DNA of 64,000 nucleotides from Oculina patagonica (Eukaryota): NCBI RefSeq assembly GCF_052425735.1, contig NC_135763.1, positions 27,652,001 to 27,716,000 of the forward strand, read 5' to 3'. Shown piece by piece: positions 37,125 to 49,676 of this stretch (position 1 is its first letter; each line of letters starts with the position of its first letter). The notes under the pieces were generated by a model. It saw only the letters and a program-made list of their open reading frames with translations, ran no database searches and was not told where the DNA came from. The position numbers and the translations under genes were made by a program.

Positions 37125-39733
37125 AGATGTTGCTGATTACAGTAATGCAAATTACGTGTAAAAGAACTTGTAACCTGTCCAGCGGGAGTTGGATTTGAAA
37201 TGAAAACACAACTTAAATGAACAAATAAGAGCAGTCAGGAAACAATGGAGCATTTTCCGTGGGTTGTTTTATCGATAATTAAAGGTATTTGACTTACTTT
37301 CCGAATACTTTTCTTGTCAGGAATAAAGGATTTTGTCAATGCTGAAAACCCTGAATTATTTCTTAGAAAACAGTTAAATTTTGATTTGAAATTTCTTTTT
37401 GATCTGACTGCTACGTTGCTCACTTTCATCTTATTGTGTTTTTAAAAACAGCATATACAGTAATGAGATTTATGTTTTGTTTATGAGCTGGTAATTGGAA
37501 CTCAGGTCTGAATGTTTACGGCAATGGCCAATCAATACGTTCGGTGTCTAGCTAGTTAGTTAACTAACTATCTAGTTTATGAAGTAACTAACTGACTGAC
37601 TTACTAAAAATTCCACTGCTTCCATCACTTTGACAATATATCCGCTAAACTAAGAAAACTACAAGGGGAGCTCATATATATAGTTTGCAGACTAAAGAGG
37701 GTTGCTATACAGAAAGAAAGCTATAACAAAACGCACACTTGACTAATCCAGTTAAAACTTAAAATTCGATTCATTCTCCTCGTAAAATGGGCTCTAAATG
37801 CTGCTAAAACTTGTTTTGATCCAAGAGGATTTAAGTGATGGCTTTTGTGTATGATTGTACATTTACTTAGTTGCTTAGCTTGATTGCAGGGATCGTGTAG
37901 CAAAGCGCGGTTTCTATTCTAGCATATGCACAGATGCATAGGGACTAACCTAGTATCACTGTCGCTAAGAGAAACGCTTCTTGCGAAGTGTCCCACGTTA
38001 AGCTCTTCTGTCCAGATGACATTTTTTTCTATACACCAAGATCTTGTTATGGATTCACAATCTGTATTATGCTTTTTAAAAAATTATAAACTGTTTTCCC
38101 TAAGGACCCCGTGCCCTTGCTACATATAAAATTAAAGGGATTGATGAGTTTTGTAGGACAATAAGAACATTAATACATTGTTTGCCTTGTTGGTCCAACT
38201 GTCAATCATCAGAGATCAAAGGATATAGAGCGTCAATTTGTGACGTCACAGCAGCCATTTTGTTTTCCCCAAACAATGTAGTTCCTTTCCTTTAGGAAAA
38301 ATTGTCTTTTTCTGGTCCAGACACTGTTCTGTTTTTTTGGGACTCGGCAGCTTTGGACCACAATATATGCTCGAATGCAAATAAATGAGGTCTCTACAAA
38401 GATTTATTATATGATAACAAACTGGTCAACATAAACAAAAATTATTCGAGAGTCCCGAATTTGCAATACTGACCTGACTAAAATGTGCCCGGTCCAGAAT
38501 TTTAAGTCGTAGTTTTCATTTTTAAAATGATCTCCTTTTGGGGATGGTTGACTGTACTCGTTATCTGCTTCAGTTAATGAACTCCTTCAATTTGATTTTC
38601 GACAAATGCTTGACAAATGCCAGTTCGCGTCTGCTTTCCTTGGACAAATCTTGTGGAATATCGCTCTGTGCACAACTTGAAAAAAAATATCAAACGCGGC
38701 TCGAAATCACGAGCTCTGAATAATCGCAAAAACCGTATGGAGAGAAAATATACAGGGACGTTATATGTTTGTAGTGATGAAGAGTTTCCGAGAATTATGC
38801 TCGAGAAAACTGAATTGTAAGCCTCGAAGGCATAAACTTCTACTGGAGTAATATTGGCAAAATCTTTTAACCGCCAAAGGAAAAAGAGAAGAGTAGGCAA
38901 AGTGCAGATGTTCATTTTGAAAGCAAGCTATATTGCACTGTCAACTACTATACCCTAAACGAAGCAACAAAAAGATTCATTATTCAGATTTATTGCTTTC
39001 TAGAGCCATCACGAATAGTCTTTCCCAAATTTTTTTTTACGAAATAAACAGTATTATCTTGAAAGCACTGTTCAATAGCCTAAATTGACTGAATTAAAAG
39101 TCTGAACCATAATGTATAGCATAATAAACAGTGCCTCAATAAATAACTGGACAGTAGTCACTCATTTGAGTGGTCAGCTAATCAAAAACTTTATTACCGT
39201 GACAAAACTACTAGCTGGCTACAAATGGCCTAACTACTTTTTGATGTCACACACAGGATTTTCATCCGCTCAAATGTAATACCGGTATTTGCTTGCTCAG
39301 CAAAATAAACAGTACCACATGAAAGCGCTGCGCAATATATAGCTATTGATGAATGGTCAAACACTAGGATTTTATAACAACGACTCAAGGTAAAAGAACA
39401 TAATTTGTATTCGAGCCTAGACTTCAATTAACCCGACGCTTATCTCCGGAATAGAAATATTCAACCACATTTATTAATCATTGATTTAAGAAATGATTAA
39501 CACTTGATAGGGAGTGAAAATCTTGCAGTTAGGCACGTGTTGCTCAAAACACGCGAGATGATCTTTTTTTAAAAAAAAAAATCTTTTTAACTTACATAAG
39601 GCAATTTAGTTTCCTTTAGTTTGATTTAAAGATAAGGAACTTTCAAATTTCCACGAAACTAAGAGCTAAAGGTCTTTAGAGCAGAAAAATTGGTACGTGC
39701 ATGACATATAACATTTTTAATCAATGTTCTCTC

Positions 39734-39830
39734 TAGCCTTCCATTTGCTTTATTTAATCAGTTGCTTTAGGGAAGATATTTGTTTACAGCTACGGACACG
39801 ACATTACTTTTTGTTATTCTAATTTTTACC
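39734..39830 (+). promoter_or_regulatory. Non-coding block conserved upstream of two melatonin-receptor-like paralogues (other copy at 55711-55809)
   Basis: tccatttg.tttatttaatcagttgctt.aggg..gatatttgttt.cag.tacg...cgacattactt is present at both sites, while the surrounding sequence does not align by eye. Confidence 0.5.
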
Positions 39831-40666
39831 AAGATCTCAATTATAGGTATGGGGAGAGATCATTTTTAAAAGGTGACGTAAAATAAGCACCTGCAAAAAA
39901 TATAGGGAGTCAGCATTGCAATCTAACTTTTCAAATGGTTAGTATATATCCAGAACAATTCGTGCTATTATATAAAAAGAACGTTCCAACTGGACAACAA
40001 AAAATTCATTTCATACAGATATTAACGAAGGATATACATGTAAACACACTGTAAAAAAAGTCACGACCGTCTGCAGAGTGGATTAGCAAAATCCTTACCA
40101 ACGTGAGAAACGAAAGGAAGGTAATGTTGGCTAAATATATTTCGTGTTTGCTGTTTAGTTGTGACTACTGCACTTCAGGCAAATTTTTCGTAGAAACATA
40201 TACAAGAAACTAATTTGTACTTATCATTAACATTGCTAATAGGCGCCGGAGATAAAGGTGAAACAAAATTTGAAGTTGTACTGCGTGTATTCGTGAACTT
40301 CACCTCGTTCAGTCAAAGTAATTTACTTTCCATTTGAAGCGGAGTTTTCCTTTTTTACCCCACTGCGATAAAACTGATTTACTCGTCGACATCATGAATT
40401 TGCTATGGTCATCAATATCATATGAAACAGACAAGGGGGGGAAAAATAATGAAATAACTTTTACTATATTGTTCCATAGGCTTATATTTACAGAGCACAA
40501 ATGTACCAGACAAACTTCGCTATATTGAGGTGAAATACGTTCCTTTTTTGCCTTATATTGATTTTTTTACAAATCTGACAGATAATTCAAGGAGTAGCGT
40601 AAGTGGGTGAAGTGAGAAGGACAACATTTTCGACCCTTGGACTTATTCTGTAAAAACAATAACAAG

Positions 40667-41712
40667 ATGGCAAGTCAGGAAGAACCGACAGACGAGCTTG
40701 GTTCACGAAGTCTGTTTGTGACAATCTTAGAATCCAGTTTGATGATTGCGTTAAATATTGTTTCTCTATTGGGCAACGTGTTAGTTTGTATGTCGGTCTA
40801 CAGAAATACAAGGCTCCGTACCACGACTAACATTTACATTGTGGCTTTGGCCATCAGCGATTTGCTGTCCGCCATTTTTGTCATGCCTCTAGCAGCAGGA
40901 GTGCTTATATCAAGCAGATGGCCTTTTGGTGAAACCGTTTGCCAAATGCACGCTTTTTTCAGCCTTTTTGTCGTGTACATTTCACCCGTGACCATGGGAT
41001 TTACAGCAATGAACAGATACTTGAGAATATGCGAGTCGGTCAACAGTATAAACGATTCTTCTCGAAATGGAAATCTCGCGTGAGACTTGCTTCTGCGTGG
41101 ACTTTTATAGCCTTTTATATCTTGATTATGCGTCTTACAGGTTTACAGGGATTCCACTTTGTGCCTGGCTACGCCGCGTGCTTAAATGTGCATTTAAACA
41201 AATTCGCAAAGATTGTTCATTACGTTGTCGTAATTGTCCTTTTTGTTGCTCTTCCACTGGCTGTAACGATATTTAGCTACAGGAGAGTTTCTAAAAAGAT
41301 TCAGGAGCACAACATGGTATCGGCGCAAACTCTTCAAGGGCATGGCGGGAATACGACCGTCAGCAGACACGAGATTCGTATAAGCAGATCATTGTTTGTT
41401 GTTGTCTTTGCATTCATGTTGTGCTGGATACCCTCTTGGGTCATTACAATCCTGACACGCTTCAAGATCATTGAAACCATGTCACAAAATATTCAACTGC
41501 TATGCTCTTTCTTCGTGAATTTGTCCAACACTATTAATCCCTTCATATACGCAGGAATGAATCCGTTGTTTCGAAGAGAATTTCGACGAATTATCCTTTG
41601 TAAACCTGGGGAGAAAATTGAGGATTCCCAACAAGCATCCGCTATGCATGTCATACAAAGACCAAACACGTTTTTGTCTTTGCAACGATCACCAAACGCC
41701 TCTATCAACTAG
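40667..41712 (+). pseudogene. Melatonin-receptor-like class A GPCR, copy 1, frameshifted just after TM3
   Basis: ORFs 40637-41083 and 40939-41712 together form one 7TM protein. tcg g-t caa cag tat versus tca gat caa caa tat in copy 3 indicates a 1-bp deletion at 41039/41040. Motifs NRY, CWIP, NPFIY. Confidence 0.85.
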
Positions 41713-41858
41713 AGGGTAAATTTGAATGTCGGCCAGTGAACAAGGACGAAAGCTGACAAAAACAAAACAGATTTAATTAGTATAGCCGAGAAGTTTATCG
41801 AAAGAAACATATACTTTGTTCATAAGGGAGTTTTACAGTGCAGCCAAGTATGGCTATA

Positions 41859-42140
41859 TATATATGTCTGGATTTGGCAAAACCAGGCCAAGGAAATTTT
41901 CACCGTTTTAAGTGCAAATCGTTGGAAACTCGTTTTTTTCTCCAAACTCGACGATATAAAAACTAATGGGAATGTCAGTCTTTTTTTCTCTTCTCCTCTC
42001 TCTTCTCTGCCTTTCGGCGCTGTCTTTCTTTTTTTTCCCCTTTCTTGTTGCGTTTTAAGCCAATTCGCGCAGTAACGTACATGTTCTAGAATACTGACGT
42101 CACTTTTCTTTGACCCGGTTTTGATAAATTCAGACATATA
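41859..42140. mobile_element. MITE with ~27-bp TIRs in a TA run (same family as 1815-2279)
   Basis: tatatgtctggatttggcaaaaccagg ... cccggttttgataaattcagacatata. Confidence 0.75.
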
Positions 42141-43480
42141 TACATACCAAAGCATAAGGCCTAATATATTTCAAACGGGACTTAACTATTTAGAGCCCAA
42201 AATTTGGATGCTCACACTAAAATGAATAAAAACATTGGCACGAGGTACGAGGCTTCAAAAAAGATTATACCCCTCACGAGGCTCAGACGACGCCAGCGTG
42301 TTCTGAAAGAAATAGAGGGAATCAAGGCAAAGTTTTCGTTTCGAAAAAGTGTTTTAGGAACACCGAGTTTGTCTGTTTGAGTCTTGCCTGAGTCATGACG
42401 TCACTCACGCGCTTCGCTATTGTCATCTGTGTGAGCTTCTAATAATATGTGTTGATATTGATTTGGGCTTCATTTCTCGCACGTTCTATGGTAACATATT
42501 CCCCATATTGATCATCTACTTCTATACAAATGGCCTGTTATCACAGTCGATTTATTCACAAAAAGCAGTTGCAATTGATTTTATCAGCATTTGACAAGTG
42601 CAGTCTTCACGACCGGAATGGTGAGAACATAAAGGAAGAGACGCCAGAAACCATCTAGATACTGAAATATTTATTTCGCCCCTTTAAGTGGAATAGCGAA
42701 GTTAAGTTAATTGGTTCTTCAGACTTTTTTAAAAAAAAATAAGCATCAGAAGATCTAGTTTACTTTTCCGAACTTCAGTTTGGATTAGTATGAGTTTCAC
42801 CCTCAATTTCAAAGCTTCAAAGACAAACTAAGGACAAAAATCTCTATATAGCGAATGAACCGCCCTTTTTTACGGCTTAAAGACAAGGGGAAAGAGGGGG
42901 GGGGAAGAAAGTGGATGGGATGGGAGAAGAGGGGGGGGGTGGAGAGATGACAGGAAAAAAAGCGTTTAAAATTTCGTTACATTAGTCTGGCTTAAATACC
43001 AGAAACAACAACAAACAAATAAGTGGTGATCATTAAATGTGTTTGCGAGGCTTTCTATATTTTTATTTGAGACGCTCATTGCTAAAACAAACTATATTGA
43101 AGTAGTAGTAGTAGCCCTTCACTCCTTCTCGGAGTGCCCCCCCCCCCCCCCCGCACAAACGAGTTACAAAAACAATCAAGCTAGATGCTAGAATTCCTGA
43201 AAATCGAAGAAACAGGCTATTTTATCCGCTTGATGTGTGCGGGCGAACAATTTCTGATGTTCCTTAATGATATTACTTAGTTTTTGTTTGGTCTTTTGAC
43301 TTTTTGATAGCAGACTTGTAGAGATACTCTCTGGAATGCACAATATTTTGGCGTCGTCTGTTGGCTCCTATGCTCACCAGTCAAGGGTTTCGATTTGAGC
43401 TTGTGTCTGGTTTGCTCTGTTCCTAATATATTACGGTCTCGTTTTTAACTACAAATTCCTTGCACTTTTTACGTCGTTCT

Positions 43481-46315
43481 TCAGTTTTGCATTTTGCAGA
43501 TCTGGAATAGCCAACGGCGGTCTTTGAAACTGCGAAAATAAAATAAAAGTTAAACTTTTGCATAACACTTAAGCGCCATGATCAACATAACTAGACAATT
43601 TCCCAGTGGTGATCATTTGGTTATTAAGTTCTTGCATGTGTGCTGTGTGATGAAGTATGTGTTGTTATCATAAGGATAAATTTAATTTAGATCACTTCTG
43701 GTATTTTAAGGAATAAAACAACCAACTGAGTGGCTTGCTGAGAATGAATAAGTTGACATTACCCCATAATTAGCATTTGGCGAATGCCACCTGAGCGGTA
43801 CTTTCATGTGGTACTGTTTATTATGCTGGCACAAGGTGGTTCTAACTTTTACGTCTGTGAATAAAACACTAGTTTGTGACCTTTTAAACGAAAGATATTA
43901 ATCAGTACTTCAATGATCTTCAATGTGGTCGTGTTTGCTATGCTGTACACGATGGTTTTGACTTTTGAGTCTTTGGATGAAACCTAAATGTGCACGTGTG
44001 ACCATTCAAATGAAAGCTATCGAGCAGTACTTTTTGACAATTTGCAAAATGTCATTTGCGATTTTCTTGTTTAAACTATCACTCTTCTGGAAGTGAAAGA
44101 ATTGGGTTAAAGAGGGTATTTATACACTTACATTGACGAGTAATAACTTCCCACTCCGGTTAAGGTGTAGCTGTGGGGGACTCGATAGTTCAACAGGGTC
44201 TGACCGAAGACGTTTTGATATATTACGCTTAGGCAGTTCAAAGTCCTGAGATACTGTTTCCAGCCTTGTCCCGGTTTGTAACCCCAGATCCGGCAACAAC
44301 GAAGGCGAAGCCTGTAAAAAATAAATATAAATTCACGTCTCAGCTAGCTATTGGTTAAAAGTGTCAGGACTCAATGTACATTACTTAGTTCCACTAAAAC
44401 CTATATTTTTTGCGGCATGCATTTAACATTTTTGGTGTTATCAAAATAAATAGGAAGGAATCCGCCAGAACTTCGAGTATTAATTGGACAAAATTATTTA
44501 CCAAAATTATTTACATCTTTGTATTGCAAACTTCTGTGTTACTGTTTCAAATGACTTATCAAAAGATATCATTTCAAACAACACCAAACATCGAAAACAA
44601 ATTTCGAAGTTTCACTGAATTGCTCTGAATCGCCTAAAAGACGATTTTAAAAAATAGCTTAACCGGCGTGGGATTTTACCAAGAGTTTACATGGTTTTTG
44701 TGAACTTTGAAATTCATTTTCTCATGCTTTGATAAGAAATTGTTGTTGGTATTATCACGGATAATTACATCATTAGCTTTTCAAAAGGGCAGAAAATAAT
44801 GCGATAGGATTTAAATTATTCCGGTACTCGATTTTTGTCCAACTAAAAATAATGTCTTAATAGTTTACAACTCGTGTACGCTGAAACGACCTAACATGGA
44901 GGAAACTTCTGTGCATGATTTCAAAATAATATGCAGTAATGTAGGCTGAACCGTTCCGATTAGAAAGTGTTTTCGATTCATTTCTTGACGTCTTTTGACA
45001 GCTTCCTAATGGGTTCCTTCTGACCTTGTGACCAATCAATGTCTAAAGCGTTTGGGGTTGAAGTTGAATAACTCGTATTGCAAGCCAACCACAACCTTTC
45101 TAGCGTGGCATCGGAACAGCGCGGCGCGCATTACTGCGATAACAATCTCGTACTTCGAGTCCTCATTCCTTACTGCGCAAGCTTGACGAAACGAGCGACT
45201 CTCGAAAGTTCCGTTGCAGGATCGAATCTGATTGGCTTGAAAAACAATAAAAATGGCCGGAAGTAAAACACCAAAAAGCTCGTTGGTCAGGCTTTTGAAA
45301 GCTAGGCAAGCGCAATCCTACCGGAAGTCCGGTATTATCGGACTTCAAATCGGAACTTTCCAGGGTCGCTCGTTTCTTGACCGTTGGTCAAAGGGAACGA
45401 AGTCCCTGGGTACGAGGATGCTGCGATAACAAAATCGTGGAGGCTGTTAGCTGCCCTTCCCTTCCCCTCACAGTACATGCGGTCGCTTGTGACTGGATCA
45501 TAAACGCTGACTACTCCAGCGATGAATCCATGGTTGGGACACCATTTGTAGAAATAGGCTTGCGCAGGATTATTCCAATAGCCCGTCAATGAACAGAACT
45601 GTAGGTAACGGCCAGTAGCAGGGCCTTGTTTGCATCGAAAATAATGAAGGCGGTCTCCTTGGCATTGACGGTAATAACTGACCCACTGGCCCAAAAAATG
45701 GTCTAAAATTCAAATTAAGTATATTAAAATAAACTTATTAAAACATTTTAACATTTGGAATCTTAAACAACGCATGGAGGGCACAAAGGTGGTTTTTCTT
45801 GCGTGGGGTTGTTTCGCTTTCTTTTTGAGCGTGTTTTCGGGGGTTTTCAGCATAATTGTCGTACTTCAGAAATATGTTAACATCAGCTTACATCTTTCAT
45901 ATTGGCCAAGGTATCAAGGTACCTTAAACAAGGTATCCGCTGACTAGTATCGTGGGCTTAGGTGTAGAGCTAATCGAGGCCCCCCCTTTTTTTTTTTAAG
46001 TTGACTGCTGGCCGGGTAATGGTTTTCGTTTTGACGGCTCGTTCAAGGCCATTTTTTCTGGTCTATGGTTGTTAAATTCAGATTTAAATGAAGGGTAAGG
46101 TAAACAACCGGGAGCTCCGCTTTTGAGCTTGGCTAGACTTATGTAATAACGAACATCTTACTTGAATTGCAATACTCCATGAAAGACTGATGCCATGTGT
46201 TGTGCCATGGGTAAGAAGGTGGTCGGGATGAATCACACACTGGCGGCTTCGGCACAATGGGTGTGATTGTTACCATAATCAGCTGAGCCAACAGCGCTAA
46301 CTTCATATCCACCAT
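43481..46315 (-). CDS. Dermatopontin / haemagglutinin-amoebocyte aggregation factor (HAAF)-like secreted protein, ~202 aa
   Basis: Exons 46315-46162, 45702-45477, 44311-44132 and 43529-43481 (phases 1,2,2; 609 nt). Signal peptide MKLALLAQLIMVTIT; WHNTWHQSF..YC; three DR-x-x-x-x-x-C repeats (GDRLHYFRC, SDRMLRLRCC, KDRRWLFQIC); CPNHGFIAGVVS and YTLTGVGSYYS. The exon-2 donor (AT|gtactg) is weak. Confidence 0.85.
43790..44035 (+). repeat. Two decayed units of a dispersed tandem repeat (tgagcagtactttcatgtggtactgtttattatgctg...gtgtgaccattcaaatgaaagctat)
   Basis: Internal duplication is visible; weak inverted traces at ~39060-39360. Confidence 0.6.
45143..45420. mobile_element. MITE with imperfect TIRs and 9-bp TSD in intron 2 of the dermatopontin-like gene
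   Basis: ctgcgataa|caatctcgtac ... gtacgaggatg|ctgcgataa; the internal arms (aaacgagcgactctcgaaagttccg / cggaactttccagggtcgctcgttt) are also complementary. Confidence 0.8.
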
Positions 46316-46516
46316 GTTGACCCTGACAGGAAAAAAATATCCCTTATGAGAAAGGTTTTCCAAAGGGTAAGTAATTGCTGTATACTTACATGAGAAGAAA
46401 GGAAAGATAAAAATATTTGACTTCTGTAACTATGCAAGGACCACTCTGACAAACAGGAGCAAATTGTAGCCGGATCTTGGTGTAGATCAGGATCAGCAGT
46501 AGACTTAATAAACAAA

Positions 46517-46603
46517 CTTTAAATGCAGGGCTGATCAAACAGCTTGGGACTGATGTTATAAATTTATCAGTCCCTAGCTGCTTGATCAGCCCTGCATTTA
46601 AAG
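46517..46603. repeat. Near-perfect 87-bp hairpin (38-bp arms, 11-nt loop)
   Basis: ctttaaatgcagggctgatcaaacagcttgggactgat / atcagtccctagctgcttgatcagccctgcatttaaag, 2 mismatches. Confidence 0.85.
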
Positions 46604-48420
46604 ATATTTGAACCTATCGTCGATACTTGTTGCAGCAACTGACCTAACAGTAAGTTAACATATTTGTCGAAGCACACCACTAAATGAGAACTGGTTTGTA
46701 ACTATTTCCGACTATTTCGAGTTAAGGTATTAATGAAACTTTTGGGATCTTAAAGGGACACTGTCCAGCCGGAAACATGTTGAAAACATATATGTTACAC
46801 AAACAAAATTTGTTTCACGGGAACAAAAAATGGTTCAGCCTCGGGTCAAAAGCGTTTTTTCTTCCCGGACGCAAATTTTGCTTCCGAAACATATTTTACC
46901 CAGTTTAGCCACCATGGAAGCAATGTTGACTAGTTTATGCGCATGCGTGACAATTTGTTCCCGGAACATTGTTTCCTCGTTTAGCCACCCGCGCAGCAAA
47001 ACATTTTGCTTGCTTCTCGCTAATAGCCACCTAGGAAACATTCCTAGTTTAGCCAGGCCTTTAAAGCAACTCTTTAAAGCAAAAAAAAAATGTTAAAGAA
47101 AAACCTTGAAAAAATATCAATGTTTTGAAAAAAAAAAACGAAATTATTCAACCACACGGATCAAAACCATGATTACACCGTTTAATAGCGAGCAGTAACT
47201 CGCAAATTACACAGTTTGGTAAACTGCAGAAAAATCCCGTAAACGATTAACACGTTAAAATACAAGTCAAAGGTCCTTTTGGGCAGCCTCCGTGTGACTT
47301 TCGAATGATGAAGGAACTAAAAGCGATCACGTTTAACAAGTGCATCTTTAACATTTTTTAGAAATTTGCCAAAGTTGCGTTATATTGTAGCGTGACACCA
47401 GATATACGATATTGTATTGTTCCTTTCTTGATGGGCTGGAGTATTTTGCTTTTGTGTTCTACGCGGCGATTTCTTGTTAAGTTAAACTTGATTTCTGTTC
47501 ACTTTCTTTTCGGGTCGATCGCGCAAACAGACGGCAGAGGAGCTCCACTGCAACAGAATGAAATTGCGTTATCTTGTAGCGTGTCATCTGATTTACGATA
47601 GAAAAAGATCACAGAGTCTTGTTATATTTACAAGCCTATTTACACCTTTGTATTAAAAGGAAGTAGGAATTTTTTTACAAAATATAATAAAATCAACAAA
47701 TATAATCTTTCTCTTTCGTTTATACTTTGAATTAGTCCTTTCTAACTGCACGGGAGTATTTTGCTTCTTGAACTACGCGGTGCTTTTTGTCCTATTCGGT
47801 TTTATTGATCGGTTGATCGCCGAAACAGACGTCCCATTGCGGCTGTTAGTTTTTTCTAATAAAATACAACACTCGCTCCTTTGACAGCTTTGAAGTTCGT
47901 TATTTGATTAAATTGTATCTCCCCCATCTCCCCCCTACCAACTTTCCCTTCCACGGGGCAAAAATGAGTTTGGTAAGTAAACCAAACTCAACGCCGGACA
48001 CTGCACTATGGTGGCCTAGGCGTGCCACAGAAGAATTGTACATTATTTTAAGACTTCTTTAATGATTTTCTAATTTGATTCAATGTGTTGCATATTTTAT
48101 TGTCTATTTATTATTATTTTTGTTATATATTGTTTGCTTTTCAGTTTTTGATATAGTTTTGTTTTGTAAATTATTGTTATTCGATTTCAGTATTAATTGC
48201 TTTTCAGTTTTTGATATAGTTTTGTTTTGTAAATTATTGTTATTCAATTTCAGTTTCAATTCAATTTCAGTTCAAAACGAGTTTTATTTTGTTTTATTTC
48301 GTCTCAGTTTTGTTTTTCAAAAGAAAACTGAACTGCATCATGGCCTATGAGTGCCATAGCCCACAATGCCAAGCACGCATGTTGAGGTGCTTCCCCAAAA
48401 GGCATCGCGCGTAATTCAAA

Positions 48421-48846
48421 ATGGCTGAGCGTATTAGGAACGCCGAATGGCAGAATGACGATGCTTTAAGACAAGATCTGGAGAAGTATGTTCGCAGGAA
48501 TCTGAGAAGAAATGAAATTCTAGATTTTGTAAGTTTAGACTATCCAATGTACGCGTGGAGTTTAAGAAGCCTTTGTAGAAGGCTCCAGTATTTTGACCTC
48601 AAGTACACAGACTATGGAGTAGAAGTTAGCGATGTGCAAGAAGCTGTTAAAAAGGAGTTGCAAGGTCCTGGTATGCTTTTAGGTTACCGAGCAATGCAAC
48701 AGAAGGTGCGTGAGGTTCATGGTCTAAATGTTCCTCGTGATTTGGTGTACGCGGCGATGGGAGAAGCTGACCCGGATGGACTCAAATCAAGAGGCGGAGT
48801 GGGGCAATCAAATAGACCACAACGATTGAATGCATTTGTCACAGGT
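48421..48846 (+). pseudogene. N-terminal exon of an IS3EU/integrase-core-type transposase (HTH-like region; catalytic DDE exons absent)
   Basis: WSLRSLCRRL...ELQGPGMLLGYRAMQQKVREVHGLNVPRDLVY..M.E.DPDGL..R is typical of the segment upstream of the GPN..W..DGHDKL core. Ends at a gtaagt donor (48847); no downstream core inside the TIRs. Confidence 0.72.
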
Positions 48847-48885
48847 GTAAGTTGCCATTAGTTTCATATCGTGCAACCTATTATT

Positions 48886-48892
48886 TACAGGT

Positions 48893-48925
<33 letters not shown>

Positions 48926-49676
48926 CTATGAAAAATTGGGGGTGGGCCACTATTTTTCCACATTACAAAAAAGGTGGGTCTGGAAAATTAACGACCGCAT
49001 TAGGGGTGGGTCATGGTCAAAATAAATTATTCATTTAACAGCATCTATAACAGTGCAAACATATTCAATCAGGATGCCTAAAGCAGCATTTCTGAGGTGC
49101 TAAAAATCTAAATTTTCCTGGGGAACATCCTCCAACCCCCCTACTTTGTCATGTACAATCATTATTAACTCAAAACCACCACCTATTGTTATCCCTTTAA
49201 ACTGCAGAGACTACATCTACAATGGTTAAAATAATTCCACCTGAATGCCTAAAATAGTATTTAGGAGTTTCTAGAAAATCTAAATTTTCCCGGGGACCAT
49301 CCAGGCCCCGAACCCCTCTACTTTGCATGGGCTCCTGACTTTGCTTTGTACAGACATCAAAACCACCAACTATTAGTGTCCTTTTAAACTGCAGAGAATA
49401 TATCTGCAACAAAAATTGTACCATAATGCCCTAAAATTCATTTCAAGGACTCTAACACTGTTATGATCCAAACTTTGATCTCGAAATGTTTCTGGAGATT
49501 CTGACTAAAATGATAAGCCAGTGTTTTCTGTAAACATATCTACATTTATTTACTGATGTTGGTTGGTGGGTGGGCCACTAGGTTTTTCTGTGTCACTCCA
49601 GGGGTGGGCCACCCCTATTTTGTTCAAATAATTCATAGCCCCCCTCCCCACCCTGTACTTTTTGACTGGTCCCTAA
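48886..49676. mobile_element. MITE nested in the IS3EU-like element, left terminus deleted
   Basis: The right end catagcccccctccccaccctgtactttttgactggtccctaa mirrors the left tacaggtgggg...gggctatg, which lacks the outermost ~18 bp. Confidence 0.6.

Noticed and set aside
38574-38915. 113-aa minus-strand ORF with a hydrophobic start
   Set aside because: No recognisable motif or convincing exon chain; cannot be supported without expression data.
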